Source of the DNA: Pyrinomonadales bacterium
GTDB lineage: Bacteria; Acidobacteriota; Blastocatellia; Pyrinomonadales; Pyrinomonadaceae
Reading direction: 5' to 3'
Length of the DNA: 64,000 nt
NCBI GenBank assembly: GCA_038210455.1
Contig: JBBQWP010000019.1
Span: 40,622-104,621 of the forward strand
The translations under genes were made by a program, and so were the position numbers. The notes beneath the pieces were generated by a model. The model was given only the letters and a program-made list of their open reading frames with translations, did no database searches and was not told the DNA's origin. Numbering within the stretch: the stretch's first letter is position 1; every line of letters starts with the position of its first letter. Below, piece by piece: positions 9,316 through 18,142 of the stretch.

Positions 9316-9885
9316 ATGCGAGCAAGCCGCCGAAGGATTCTAGTCAAGTCACTGTTAGTGTTGGCCTCGTTATTCATGGTCGTCATAACGGCGTGTTCGG
9401 GCAAACTGTCGTCGACAAACAGTCAGCCGAGCCCCGCTGCGGCGCCAAAATCAACGCCCCAGAACGGAGCTGGCCAGCAAACTCAAAATGCATCGGCCGC
9501 GGGCGAGGCGACTGGAAGCTACACCGCCAATGGTGAGACGGTGGTATTGAAGTATGCGTACGCCGGTCGCGGACTTCGTTTCGGAGAGGACAGCATCATC
9601 GTCCTGGTCACCGACCAACCAATTCCGCCTGAGGCAGTGGCTGAAGAGATCAAGTCGCAGACGATGTTGCTCGATAAGAAGATCCGCGGCCTGGAGTACG
9701 TGTTCTCAAAGGATGGTTACTGGGTCAGGTTTCATCCCAGTCAATATCAGGAAAGCAAATCCACGCAGTTGAAGGATTACTCGATCACAAACGACGTGGT
9801 GAAGGGCACTGACGAAGGTGGCGGAGAGTTAACGAACGGAAAATATGAGCGCTCGGTGAAGTTCGTGGCCAAAATAAATAATTGA
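9316..9885 (+). CDS. Putative lipoprotein (hypothetical)
   Basis: Signal peptide ending in the lipobox-like VVITAC, followed by a Ser/Pro/Gln-rich linker and a folded domain. Followed by a strong terminator. Confidence 0.65.
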   Translation: MRASRRRILVKSLLVLASLFMVVITACSGKLSSTNSQPSPAAAPKSTPQNGAGQQTQNASAAGEATGSYTANGETVVLKYAYAGRGLRFGEDSIIVLVTDQPIPPEAVAEEIKSQTMLLDKKIRGLEYVFSKDGYWVRFHPSQYQESKSTQLKDYSITNDVVKGTDEGGGELTNGKYERSVKFVAKINN

Positions 9886-9912
9886 GGCAGCTGCTGTTTG
9901 CCATGAGATCGG

Positions 9913-9943
9913 AAAACCCCGCCGGGTGGCGGGGTTTTCGTTT
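9913..9943. terminator. Bidirectional rho-independent terminator between convergent genes
   Basis: aaaa-CCCCGCC-gggt-GGCGGGG-ttttcgttt: a 7-bp GC stem with an A-run upstream and a T-run downstream, so it is usable on both strands. Confidence 0.8.
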
Positions 9944-9958
9944 AGACCGGGTGATGTT

Positions 9959-10165
9959 TTAGCGGCGAGCGGCGCGGCGACGGTGGCGACGCGCGTGACG
10001 GCGGCCATGTCTGCGACCGCGGCGACTCGACATGCCCGATTTGTTCATCGGGGCCATGGTCGTGCTGCTGTTTGAGTTTTGGCCGGCGGAAGCTCTGTCG
10101 AACACAATTCCACCCAGACCCATTATTGCCATTAACGCTAAGCCAAGAAGAACTTTCTTTCTCAT
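9959..10165 (-). CDS. Small secreted or membrane-anchored protein with poly-arginine C-terminal tail (hypothetical)
   Basis: 68-aa ORF with an AAGGAG Shine-Dalgarno 7 nt upstream. N-terminal signal/anchor is MRKKVLLGLALMAIMGLGG. The C-terminus is SSRRGRRHGRRHARRHRRRAARR. It ends at the terminator. Confidence 0.6.
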   Translation of the reverse strand: MRKKVLLGLALMAIMGLGGIVFDRASAGQNSNSSTTMAPMNKSGMSSRRGRRHGRRHARRHRRRAARR

Positions 10166-10288
10166 GCGGGTAGCTCCTTTGAAAAGTTAGTCGATTTTAC
10201 GAACAAGGCGATAGCCAATCTATGCCCAGATGTGCTTCGAGTCAATATCTTTTTGGGCATCGGCACGGGCCGTCGATACCAAGCTTTC

Positions 10289-11578
10289 TCAAGCTGGTTC
10301 GATCGTTTCCAATCCACCCATGTAAGGCCGCAGCGCCGCGGGGACAATCACCGAGCCGTCGGCCTGCTGAAAATTCTCCAGAATGGCGACCCAGGTGCGA
10401 CCGACCGCCAGGGCAGAGCCGTTCAGCGTATGCACAAATTCCGGTTTGGAGCCGCCGGCGCGGCGAAAGCGAATGTTGGCACGACGCGCCTGAAACGCTT
10501 CGTAGTTCGAGCACGAAGAAATTTCGCGGAAGGCGTTCTGCGAAGGCAGCCACACCTCGATGTCATAAGTCTTTGCGTTGCTGAAACCCAGATCGCCGGT
10601 GGAGAGCGTGACCACCCGATAATGAATCTCGAGCCGCTGCAAAATCGTTTCCGCGTTGCGGGTCAGCGCTTCCAGTTCGTCGTAGGAATTTTCCGGCAGC
10701 GCGTATTTCACCAGCTCGACTTTTTCGAACTGGTGCTGGCGAATGACGCCGCGTGTGTCCTTGCCGTAACTGCCGGCCTCAGAACGAAAACAGGGCGTGT
10801 AGGCGACCCACTTCATCGGCAACTGTGACGCGTCGAGAATCTCTTCGCGATAATAGTTGGTCACCGGCACCTCGGCCGTGGGGATTAGATAAAACCCGCG
10901 CTCGTCTTCAATTTTGAAGAGGTCCTCCTCGAACTTGGGAAGCTGGCCGGTGCCGAACAACGAGTCGCGATTGACGATGAATGGCGGCAGAGTCTCCCGG
11001 TAACCATGTTCGCGCGAGTGCGTGTCGAGCATGAAATCGATCAAGGCGCGGCTGAGACGCGCGCCGGCGCCATTGAGTATCGCAAAGCGAGCGCCCGCAA
11101 TTTTGGTCGCGCGCTCGAGATCGAGAATGCCCAGCGCATTTCCCAGATCGACGTGATCTTTGGGTTCAAAATCAAACTCAGGTTTCGTTCCCCAGCGGCG
11201 GACTTCGACGTTCGCGGATTCATCTTTGCCGACCGGGACACTTTCATGCGGGATATTCGGCAAAGTCGAAAGCAGTTCGCGCATGCGCGTTTCCGACAGT
11301 TCGCGCTTCTGATCAAGTTCGGCGATTCGTTCTTTCAGTTCATTAACTGCTTTGCGGCGCGCGTCGGCTTTCTCGCGCTTGTCCGCTTTCATCAGCGCGC
11401 CGATCTCTTTGCTGGCCGTGTTGCGTTCGGCATTGAGCTGATCGGATTCGGCAATCACCTGCCGGCGTTCCGCGTCCGCGTTGGCGAAGTCATCCAGGGC
11501 CGTAGACGCCATACCACGTTTCGCCAGCGCCGCCCGCACCGCTTCGAGATTGTCCCGGACATAGTTGAGATCTAGCAT
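10289..11578 (-). CDS. serS: Serine--tRNA ligase
   Basis: 429 aa. N-terminal coiled-coil arm ([18 protein letters not shown]), class II motifs ([25 protein letters not shown] and GSALAVGRT). Confidence 0.95.
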   Translation of the reverse strand: MLDLNYVRDNLEAVRAALAKRGMASTALDDFANADAERRQVIAESDQLNAERNTASKEIGALMKADKREKADARRKAVNELKERIAELDQKRELSETRMRELLSTLPNIPHESVPVGKDESANVEVRRWGTKPEFDFEPKDHVDLGNALGILDLERATKIAGARFAILNGAGARLSRALIDFMLDTHSREHGYRETLPPFIVNRDSLFGTGQLPKFEEDLFKIEDERGFYLIPTAEVPVTNYYREEILDASQLPMKWVAYTPCFRSEAGSYGKDTRGVIRQHQFEKVELVKYALPENSYDELEALTRNAETILQRLEIHYRVVTLSTGDLGFSNAKTYDIEVWLPSQNAFREISSCSNYEAFQARRANIRFRRAGGSKPEFVHTLNGSALAVGRTWVAILENFQQADGSVIVPAALRPYMGGLETIEPA

Positions 11579-11667
11579 TTGTTAAGTGGTTGTGATCTGA
11601 TTTGTTTAGTACAGAAATCACAAAACCGTGGTTCGGGATTGTACCCGAGTGTCCGTTGTGATGCCCA

Positions 11668-11778
11668 GTGCTGGCGTCGCAAACTCTCGAAGACGAGGCC
11701 GCGAAACTGCTCGACCTGCACCCCAATTACCTGCATCGAATCGTGAGAAACTTGTGTTTGAGGGAGCAACCTAAATAG
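11668..11778 (+). pseudogene. Relic of the C-terminal Fis-type HTH of a sigma-54-dependent (NtrC-family) regulator
   Basis: A short frame bounded by an upstream TGA reads ...QTLEDEAAKLLDLHPNYLHRIVRNLCLREQPK*. This matches the extreme C-terminal HTH_8 pattern (AA..LG.....L.R.....L). No AAA+ domain lies upstream. Confidence 0.3.
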
Positions 11779-11817
11779 CTTAGTGCGAGCAAGCACTTTG
11801 AATAAAGAGCAAAGCGA

Positions 11818-12378
11818 CTAACGTATCGCTGCCAAAACTTCTTCCTCTTTGTCGTGCGGCAACTGACCTACCCAGGAGTTGGTAACCGTGCCTGCGCTGT
11901 TTACGAGAATCAAAGTAGGGGTTGCTCTTATTCCAAGCGGCGGTAGCGAGACCTGTTGAATATCCTCAATGACCAACTTCAAAACCGTGAGATACTGCTG
12001 AGATTCTTCTCGCGGTTGAGGCAGGACAGCTACAAGCTTCGTGTTTGGCGACGCAGTGCTAACGAGGCGTTGATAGAATGCGGCGCTGGCTGAACAGTAC
12101 TTGCAGTTCGTTGACAGCGCCAATAACAGTGTCTGGCGATTTCTTGCCCAATCTTCATTAGGCAGACTGATTTTGTTACCAGCCGCAATGGGAGGTGTGG
12201 AAGGCTGCGAAGTAGATGCTTTTGTTCGAAAGTATTTTACAGCCGCGATGCAAACGACTATCGCAACTACGATAATGCCGACATTAGCGACGGTTTCAAT
12301 TTTTCTTCCCAGCGGACCCATTCTTTGCGCTCCGAAGTTTTTCCTCGGCGGCAAACTTATCCGCCTTCCACTGCTCAA
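11818..12378 (-). CDS. Membrane-anchored thioredoxin-fold thiol:disulfide oxidoreductase (TlpA/ResA-like)
   Basis: One N-terminal TM (VANVGIIVVAIVVCIAAV), then a thioredoxin-like domain with CxxC (NCKYCS). The annotated start overlaps the upstream gene; ATG at 12321 is an alternative. Confidence 0.75.
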   Translation of the reverse strand: MSSGRRISLPPRKNFGAQRMGPLGRKIETVANVGIIVVAIVVCIAAVKYFRTKASTSQPSTPPIAAGNKISLPNEDWARNRQTLLLALSTNCKYCSASAAFYQRLVSTASPNTKLVAVLPQPREESQQYLTVLKLVIEDIQQVSLPPLGIRATPTLILVNSAGTVTNSWVGQLPHDKEEEVLAAIR

Positions 12379-14068
12379 TGCCGGCTAAAGCGACAATTTG
12401 ACGCAAGGGATCCTGAAGCTGAAGCGCGACGGCTGTCGTCCGCTCCTCATTCTTGGCGGCCAGCTTCTTGAAGAGAGATGTTTCGAAACCAATACGTGCC
12501 TGGCTCGTGTCTAACTCGCTGTGATTCGCGGCGCTCACCAACTCATCGAGAACATCCAGCGCCAATTCATCTTTCACTGAAAGCACTGAGGAAACCAGAC
12601 TCCCTAAGCTTGAAAGTACAGGATCGCGGTCGCGCTTCGTTCCAAAGAAGGATGCGGGAACTCCAGGCGGAGGAGTAAACGGGGTGACGTCAGCTTTCCT
12701 AAGTTGTCTAACGGCCTGATTGACGGCGTCTCGCGCGCATGCATCATCGTCTTTCGCAGCACACTTTCCAGCAATGACTGGAAATACCTTCAAAATCGAA
12801 GCCGCCTTAGCCAACGATTCGGCCAATGTTAGCGCGGCCGGAATATCACCCTTGTTTGCGAAACTGATAGCCTGCAGGGCGTTGAGCATTTCGGTGAGTT
12901 CGGTTTTCTGCGGTCCGTCAGCGAGCTTGTCGATCAGCTTGCGCGCTTTGGAAAAATCTCCCTGGGTGATCACTCTTTGGATAACGATCCCGTCAGGCTG
13001 ATCGCTCTCTAGTTCCCTTTCCGCCCGCTTTTCGAACTTCGCCTTATACTCTTGTTCTATGCTCTTGGAGGTCGGAAGCTCGAGACTGTCTCCGGGTGCT
13101 CGGCTGCGCTGCTCAAGATCGTAGAATTGCTGTTTCAGTTCCGGTGCATACCGCTGAAGCAAGGGCCAACTAGCAAAAAGAAATCCTCGCGACCCGCGAC
13201 CGCGAAGTACAGCTGGCTCCTCTTGATTCAGCAGCTCGAGCATGTATGCGAGCCCGGACCTAACCGCGGCAGGTCCCGGCGGCGCGATCTTTGAGCCCGA
13301 GATCCCGGGATTGCCTTGGGGAGTGATGATAAGAATGGCGAGCGAAAAGAAGACCCTCATTCCGCTACCGTTAAGAGGCGACAGAGTTACAGATCTCCAG
13401 CGGTCAATATAGTGGATAATCGCCTCATCGGCCGCCGCGCGATCTTTAAGAGCCAGGAGACCGATTTCCATTGCCGCGTTGCACTGAGTTGGATCAGCAT
13501 CTATAGCCTCACGAATGTATTTGCTGCCAATATCAATGTCACCATCCTCAATGGCTTCATGCGCTAGAGCCGCAAAAGTCTGTTGCGATTCGTAGGGTCC
13601 TAATTTTTCGGTTAATGACTGAGTTAATTCGTCAGCAAACAGCTTATCTCGGCGAGCAACAGCCATTATGCGTCGTTGCACATTCCACCGGGCGGTATCA
13701 ATCGCCCTGGTGGATCGCGGTGGCGAACCGGCCGGCTGCTTTCGCATTTTCGCTTGTTCATCTTCGCCAGGACTCGACAAATCATAAGCCTCGCGCAAGA
13801 GTTGTTTCGCGAGGTCCCGATCAACAAACCACGCGGCATCGGCGACTTCCGCCTCCGCCAACGCGCGAGCTAAAGGATGGTCGAGTAGTTTTGCTCTCGC
13901 TCCCAAACTCTGAAGCTCTGAAAGTAAGGCGAATCTCTGGTTGGCCAATGCATCGTCCGCAGATCCAGATGGGTTTGACTGTCCGAAGACCGATGACGCA
14001 AAGACCGCCATTGGAGCAAACAACCAGATCACTTGTTTGCAAGTTGTCCTTAACCAGGCATTAGACAC
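12296..14068 (-). CDS. Large secreted all-helical protein (hypothetical, repeat/TPR-like)
   Basis: 590-aa ORF with a signal peptide (VIWLFAPMAVFASSVFGQ). Helix-rich, charged composition. No family recognised. Confidence 0.7.
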   Translation of the reverse strand: MSNAWLRTTCKQVIWLFAPMAVFASSVFGQSNPSGSADDALANQRFALLSELQSLGARAKLLDHPLARALAEAEVADAAWFVDRDLAKQLLREAYDLSSPGEDEQAKMRKQPAGSPPRSTRAIDTARWNVQRRIMAVARRDKLFADELTQSLTEKLGPYESQQTFAALAHEAIEDGDIDIGSKYIREAIDADPTQCNAAMEIGLLALKDRAAADEAIIHYIDRWRSVTLSPLNGSGMRVFFSLAILIITPQGNPGISGSKIAPPGPAAVRSGLAYMLELLNQEEPAVLRGRGSRGFLFASWPLLQRYAPELKQQFYDLEQRSRAPGDSLELPTSKSIEQEYKAKFEKRAERELESDQPDGIVIQRVITQGDFSKARKLIDKLADGPQKTELTEMLNALQAISFANKGDIPAALTLAESLAKAASILKVFPVIAGKCAAKDDDACARDAVNQAVRQLRKADVTPFTPPPGVPASFFGTKRDRDPVLSSLGSLVSSVLSVKDELALDVLDELVSAANHSELDTSQARIGFETSLFKKLAAKNEERTTAVALQLQDPLRQIVALAGIEQWKADKFAAEEKLRSAKNGSAGKKN

Positions 14069-14216
14069 AAACTATCTCCTGTAGTGACCCGCTTCCGACC
14101 ACCACGTGTTAATAAACCAGCACAGAGGCGACGCTCTTCCGGAGTGCCGCTGCGTTGCGCCATCAAAGTTCAGCGATCGCAAGTCGTCACCTCTGGCCAG
14201 TAAACGACGCGGCGAA

Positions 14217-14519
14217 CTAGTTAGCATAATAGACATCCGGGCAGCCATTGGCCCTTGCCTTATCACACTCTTGGCCGGCGGCATAGTCCATTTGCGGGTC
14301 CGAAGTGCAAGAACTACCGCCGCCCGCACAATTCCAGAGAGTGTCTCCGGCCGAGCTACCGCAGCTGATGTAGACCATGCCGCCGGTGTTATTATTCGCT
14401 GAAAGAACACAAGTGAAACCGTCCGCGTGGACGGGAGCATTTAACCACAGCGCTGCTGAGGTCAGGACTGCCAGACACGCAATCCGATAAGCAAGTTTGC
14501 GCCACGAGGTCGTTAGCAT
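14217..14519 (-). CDS. Small secreted cysteine-rich protein (6 Cys in a roughly 68-aa mature part)
   Basis: GGAGGA SD upstream of the ATG. Signal peptide ends ...NAPVHA. The mature part DGFTCVLS...ISCG...WNCAGGGSSCTS...QECD...NGCPDVYYAN is Gly/Ser/Asn-rich. Confidence 0.65.
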   Translation of the reverse strand: MLTTSWRKLAYRIACLAVLTSAALWLNAPVHADGFTCVLSANNNTGGMVYISCGSSAGDTLWNCAGGGSSCTSDPQMDYAAGQECDKARANGCPDVYYAN

Positions 14520-14677
14520 TTTGTATCCTCCTAGTTAGGAAACTGGAGTTGCGGTCGTGAGAGGCTCCGAGTGGAAGCGTACAGCGGCCGCCGGATACCC
14601 TTGGATTTGCTGCGCAGTCTAGCTCTCGACAAAAAGAAATGCAAGAAGTTTTCTATTGCTAAAATTATTCGGGCTTC

Positions 14678-15460
14678 TTAGGCAAACCCCCGCTGCCCTT
14701 TTAAGTCAGTCAGAGCGGGACCGCTGAAGATTCTGTTCGCCTCCTCCAGCGTTTCTTTTGAACCCACGTCAAACCAAATGCCCGGTACCCTCCAGACAAA
14801 GAACGTAGTGCGCGGATAGATCCATTGCACCAGCAGTCCTGGCTGGTCGGCGTGGTTGCCTTCGGCCAGATATTGCCGAATCAGCGACAGCGCGGTCCTT
14901 GGATAGTAGTAGAGCGCGATCCCGGTGAGCGTGCTCCTGGGGTGCGCCGGTTTCTCTTCAAAAAAGGTAATCCGGTCCGCTTCGTCTATCTCAATCGCGT
15001 TATACTTTTTGATCTCCTCGAGATTTCCCACATCGTAAACACCCAGGACAGGTGCGGCACACGCGCGGCAGAATTCACCAAACTGCTCGAGGCTGTTGCT
15101 GAAAAGATTGTCCCCGGCAACAACGATGATGTCATCATCGATCTGCGCCACAGTCAGCACCAGGTTCAGATCGCCAATCGCGCCCAGCTTGTTCGAATCG
15201 TCTGTGGAATGATCGTTGATGATCGTAATTGGAGCACCTGCATGCGTCGCCGCGTAATCATCCGCCCAGCGCTGAAAGTGTGGTGCGAACTTTTCGTTTG
15301 TGACGATGTACATGTGATCGATGTCCGTGATGGGCATAGCGTTATCGAGCACGTGTTCAATCATCGGTTTTCCCGCGACCCGCAGCAGAGGCTTTGGCTG
15401 GTTGAGCGTTAGCGGGTAAAGCCGGGTTGCGTAGCCGGCGCCGAGGACAATTAGCTTCAC
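14678..15460 (-). CDS. Sugar-phosphate nucleotidyltransferase (NDP-sugar pyrophosphorylase family)
   Basis: N-terminal signature MKLIVLGAGYATRLYPLTLNQPKPLL, typical of the RmlA/GalU-type NTP_transferase fold. Confidence 0.85.
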   Translation of the reverse strand: MKLIVLGAGYATRLYPLTLNQPKPLLRVAGKPMIEHVLDNAMPITDIDHMYIVTNEKFAPHFQRWADDYAATHAGAPITIINDHSTDDSNKLGAIGDLNLVLTVAQIDDDIIVVAGDNLFSNSLEQFGEFCRACAAPVLGVYDVGNLEEIKKYNAIEIDEADRITFFEEKPAHPRSTLTGIALYYYPRTALSLIRQYLAEGNHADQPGLLVQWIYPRTTFFVWRVPGIWFDVGSKETLEEANRIFSGPALTDLKGQRGFA

Positions 15461-15671
15461 AGGTTCTCCATAATCATACTGTTCATTAAAGTAAACAAAG
15501 CGTCTGTTTCACACCGGGTGGAAACCGAAGCCATGTGCCCTGAATCTTTATAATAAAAGAGCGCAGTGTGCAAACCGACGCGCGCAGCCTACTTCCGCCG
15601 CAGATCGAAGCTCTGATATAGTGCGTTCGATTCAACGCTGAATTCAATCAGTTGACCAGAGGTGAACTCTC

Positions 15672-16433
15672 TTGAGTGTCGCAGAAAAAGTTTTTGCCGG
15701 CCGTACCGCCATCGTCACCGGCGCCACCCGCGGCATCGGGCGCGCGATTGCACTGGAGTTGGCGCGGCGCGGCGCCGACGTCGCGTTCAATTATGCCAGG
15801 AGCGCCGACGCGGCCGACTCTTTGAAAGCTGAGATCGAGGCACTGGGCGTGCGGGCATTCGCATCGCAAGGCGATGTCGCCAACACCGAAGCCGCCGCGG
15901 AAATGGTGAAGCAGGTCAAAGATGATTTCGGCCGCATCGATTTTCTGGTGAACAACGCCGGCATCGTGCGGGACACCTTGATCCTGCGAATGAAGGAAGA
16001 TGACTGGGACGCGGTCGTGAATACGAACTTGAAAGGGGCCTGGAACTTTGCCAAAGCGGCTTTGCGGGTGATGCTGCGACAGGACGAGGGGGCCTCGATT
16101 CTTAACATTACTTCGATCAGCGGCGTCATTGGGATGGCGGGGCAGTCGAACTATTCAGCTTCGAAAGCCGGCATGATCGGTTTGACCAAAGCCCTGGCGC
16201 GCGAAGTTGCCAGCCGCAATATCACCGTCAATGCGCTGGCGCTGGGCATGGTCGCCACCGACATGGCGAGCGCGCTCAACGAGAGTTATCAAGCGAAAGT
16301 CTTAGAGCAAATCCCGCTCGGCCGATTTGCCGAACCCGACGAAGTAGCGCGCATCGCTTGTTTTCTTTTGTCCGAGGATGCTCGCTATATCACAGGACAG
16401 GTGATTCAGGTTGATGGTGGATTGGCGATGTAA
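15672..16433 (+). CDS. fabG: 3-oxoacyl-[acyl-carrier-protein] reductase
   Basis: SDR motifs TGATRGIGRAIA, NNAG and YSASKAG, plus the C-terminus ITGQVIQVDGGLAM. TTG start as given in the ORF track. Confidence 0.88.
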   Translation: MSVAEKVFAGRTAIVTGATRGIGRAIALELARRGADVAFNYARSADAADSLKAEIEALGVRAFASQGDVANTEAAAEMVKQVKDDFGRIDFLVNNAGIVRDTLILRMKEDDWDAVVNTNLKGAWNFAKAALRVMLRQDEGASILNITSISGVIGMAGQSNYSASKAGMIGLTKALAREVASRNITVNALALGMVATDMASALNESYQAKVLEQIPLGRFAEPDEVARIACFLLSEDARYITGQVIQVDGGLAM

Positions 16434-16439
16434 AAGTAA

Positions 16440-16510
16440 GTTTCAAGTCTAAGGTTTCAAGTTTCAAGTTCGCGGCAACAGCTTGAAACCTGAAACTTGG
16501 AACTTGAAAC
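16440..16510. repeat. Long imperfect hairpin whose arms are tandem GTTTCAAG units (possible fabG terminator)
   Basis: gtttcaagtctaaggtttcaagtttcaagtt - cgcggcaaca - gcttgaaacctgaaacttggaacttgaaac, starting 7 nt after the fabG stop. Confidence 0.5.
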
Positions 16511-16526
16511 TGACCCGAAAGAGAAG

Positions 16527-16556
16527 CGCCCCGCCATCCTTACGAACGGCGGGGCG
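16527..16556. terminator. GC-rich stem-loop (candidate terminator, orientation ambiguous)
   Basis: CGCCCCGCC-atccttacgaac-GGCGGGGCG. It is followed by AAAA on the + strand, and a moderately T-rich tract follows on the - strand. Confidence 0.35.
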
Positions 16557-16888
16557 AAAACATCAGGGTAGGTTCGGGTCAATCAGGGGTGGCTAGCACA
16601 GACTTGAGAATCGTCGCATATGGCCGATCCGGTACTTCAACGGTGGTGCTTTTGACGGCGGTATAAAGTCTGCGGCCAGGAAATATGATGAGCTGCCGCG
16701 CGCATTTCCAAGAACTCCGGCTCCTTTGAACGTTTCGGCTTTGCCAAAACCCTCACAGTCAAACAACTAAGTTGCTTGCAAGCCAGAAATATACCTCTCC
16801 GGCAAACTCGTCAAGCTAAATTTTTGAGAAAATCTCAACAGGTTTGTGACAGACGCGGCTCGCCGACAGGAAATTCTGCCGCGTAAGA

Positions 16889-18094
16889 CTAGGGTGCTCT
16901 CATCTCAGCGAGTCGATAAGCCTGGCGCCTTACTGCTTCGGACACATTTCGGTTTAAAGTGATTGCTTTCAGATCCCTGGTCCGAATTCTGGGCAGGATA
17001 TGAATCGCCGTGGCCATGGGTGTGCGCGGGTTCCGGACCAGGTTGTGAACGATCGGATACGAACGCGCCCACTGTCGATTCATTCCGATCAGGCGCAGGA
17101 CTTCCTCGGCGACTTGGCGCATGGACGAGATGGTTTCAACTTCGTGATCACTGAGGCGCGGGTTGTGCATTACTGCGGTGGCGACCATCTTGTTGGCATC
17201 CCGGATGAGGATTCCGCGCGCCTCGCGGTCTCCCTTAACCCCCAGCTTGACGCGGTCCTTGACCGACATAAACATGATGCGCCGGATCAGCGAAATGCGT
17301 TCGGGTGAAGCATCGCCTTCCAGCCTCTCGGCGTTAATCACGGCCTGAGCATTAGCGGCAATCTGCTCGGGCGTCTCGGTCATCATCTCTTCGATGAATT
17401 CCCGCGCCAGCCACGAGTCGTCGATGTCGGCGTCCGATACCTCGATGTGCTGAGCAATCACCCAGGCATCGTCGACCGACAAAGTTCCGGCGACGCTGGC
17501 CAACTCGGCGGTTTCAAAGAACTCCGCGGCCGCGCTGTTGCCACGGGCGCGCAACTCCTGCGCGATTTGGCGGGCGCCCCTTTCTTTCTCAAAAAACTCT
17601 TCACGGGTTTCTTTCGCGCGGCGTTCGGCCTCAGCCGAGCGGGCCGGATTCATCAGGACGGCGTCGATAATTTCCGGCGTGCGAATCAGACGCTGCTGAT
17701 TCAGAATTATGAACTCGAGCAGGGAAGGATCCTTGGTGATGCGTGCGAGCAAGGCAATCGCTTCGTCCGGCGTGTTGTGGTTGCCGGCCACCGCTTCGTG
17801 CAAGCTTTTGTCACCATTGGACATGGAAGCAAAATAGCCAAGCACTGCCGGCGCGGCCTCATCTGACTTTGCCACGCTCAACAGATCCTGTGGCGGCTGT
17901 GTCCCTAGAGTCGATTGCGCAGCGCGGGCCACTTCCGGATCGTTGTCGGCGCTGAGATGGACCAGCGCTTCCAGCAGATCTGCCTGCGGCAACGGCAGTA
18001 ACCCGCGCGCCGCGGCCAGACGAGCAGCCGCCGGCGCGTTGCCGGCGATGATCGATTTAACGACGGGATTGCTTGATGTGACTTCGGTGCTCAA
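16889..18094 (-). CDS. Conserved hypothetical protein with HEAT/ARM-like helical repeats
   Basis: 401-aa ORF with good coding texture. Has repeated leucine-rich helical units (PLPQADLLEALVHLSADNDPEVARAA). Confidence 0.7.
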   Translation of the reverse strand: MSTEVTSSNPVVKSIIAGNAPAAARLAAARGLLPLPQADLLEALVHLSADNDPEVARAAQSTLGTQPPQDLLSVAKSDEAAPAVLGYFASMSNGDKSLHEAVAGNHNTPDEAIALLARITKDPSLLEFIILNQQRLIRTPEIIDAVLMNPARSAEAERRAKETREEFFEKERGARQIAQELRARGNSAAAEFFETAELASVAGTLSVDDAWVIAQHIEVSDADIDDSWLAREFIEEMMTETPEQIAANAQAVINAERLEGDASPERISLIRRIMFMSVKDRVKLGVKGDREARGILIRDANKMVATAVMHNPRLSDHEVETISSMRQVAEEVLRLIGMNRQWARSYPIVHNLVRNPRTPMATAIHILPRIRTRDLKAITLNRNVSEAVRRQAYRLAEMRAP

Positions 18095-18142
18095 CGAAGA
18101 CAGTGTAGCGCAAATGTAAACCGCGGGAGAATTCGCAGCGGG

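Noticed and set aside
7100-10200. Prophage or contractile-injection locus suggested by the gpV-like gene
   Set aside because: No other phage structural, integrase, terminase, sheath/tube or PAAR genes are present. Only a single spike-like ORF was found, so at most this is a degraded remnant.
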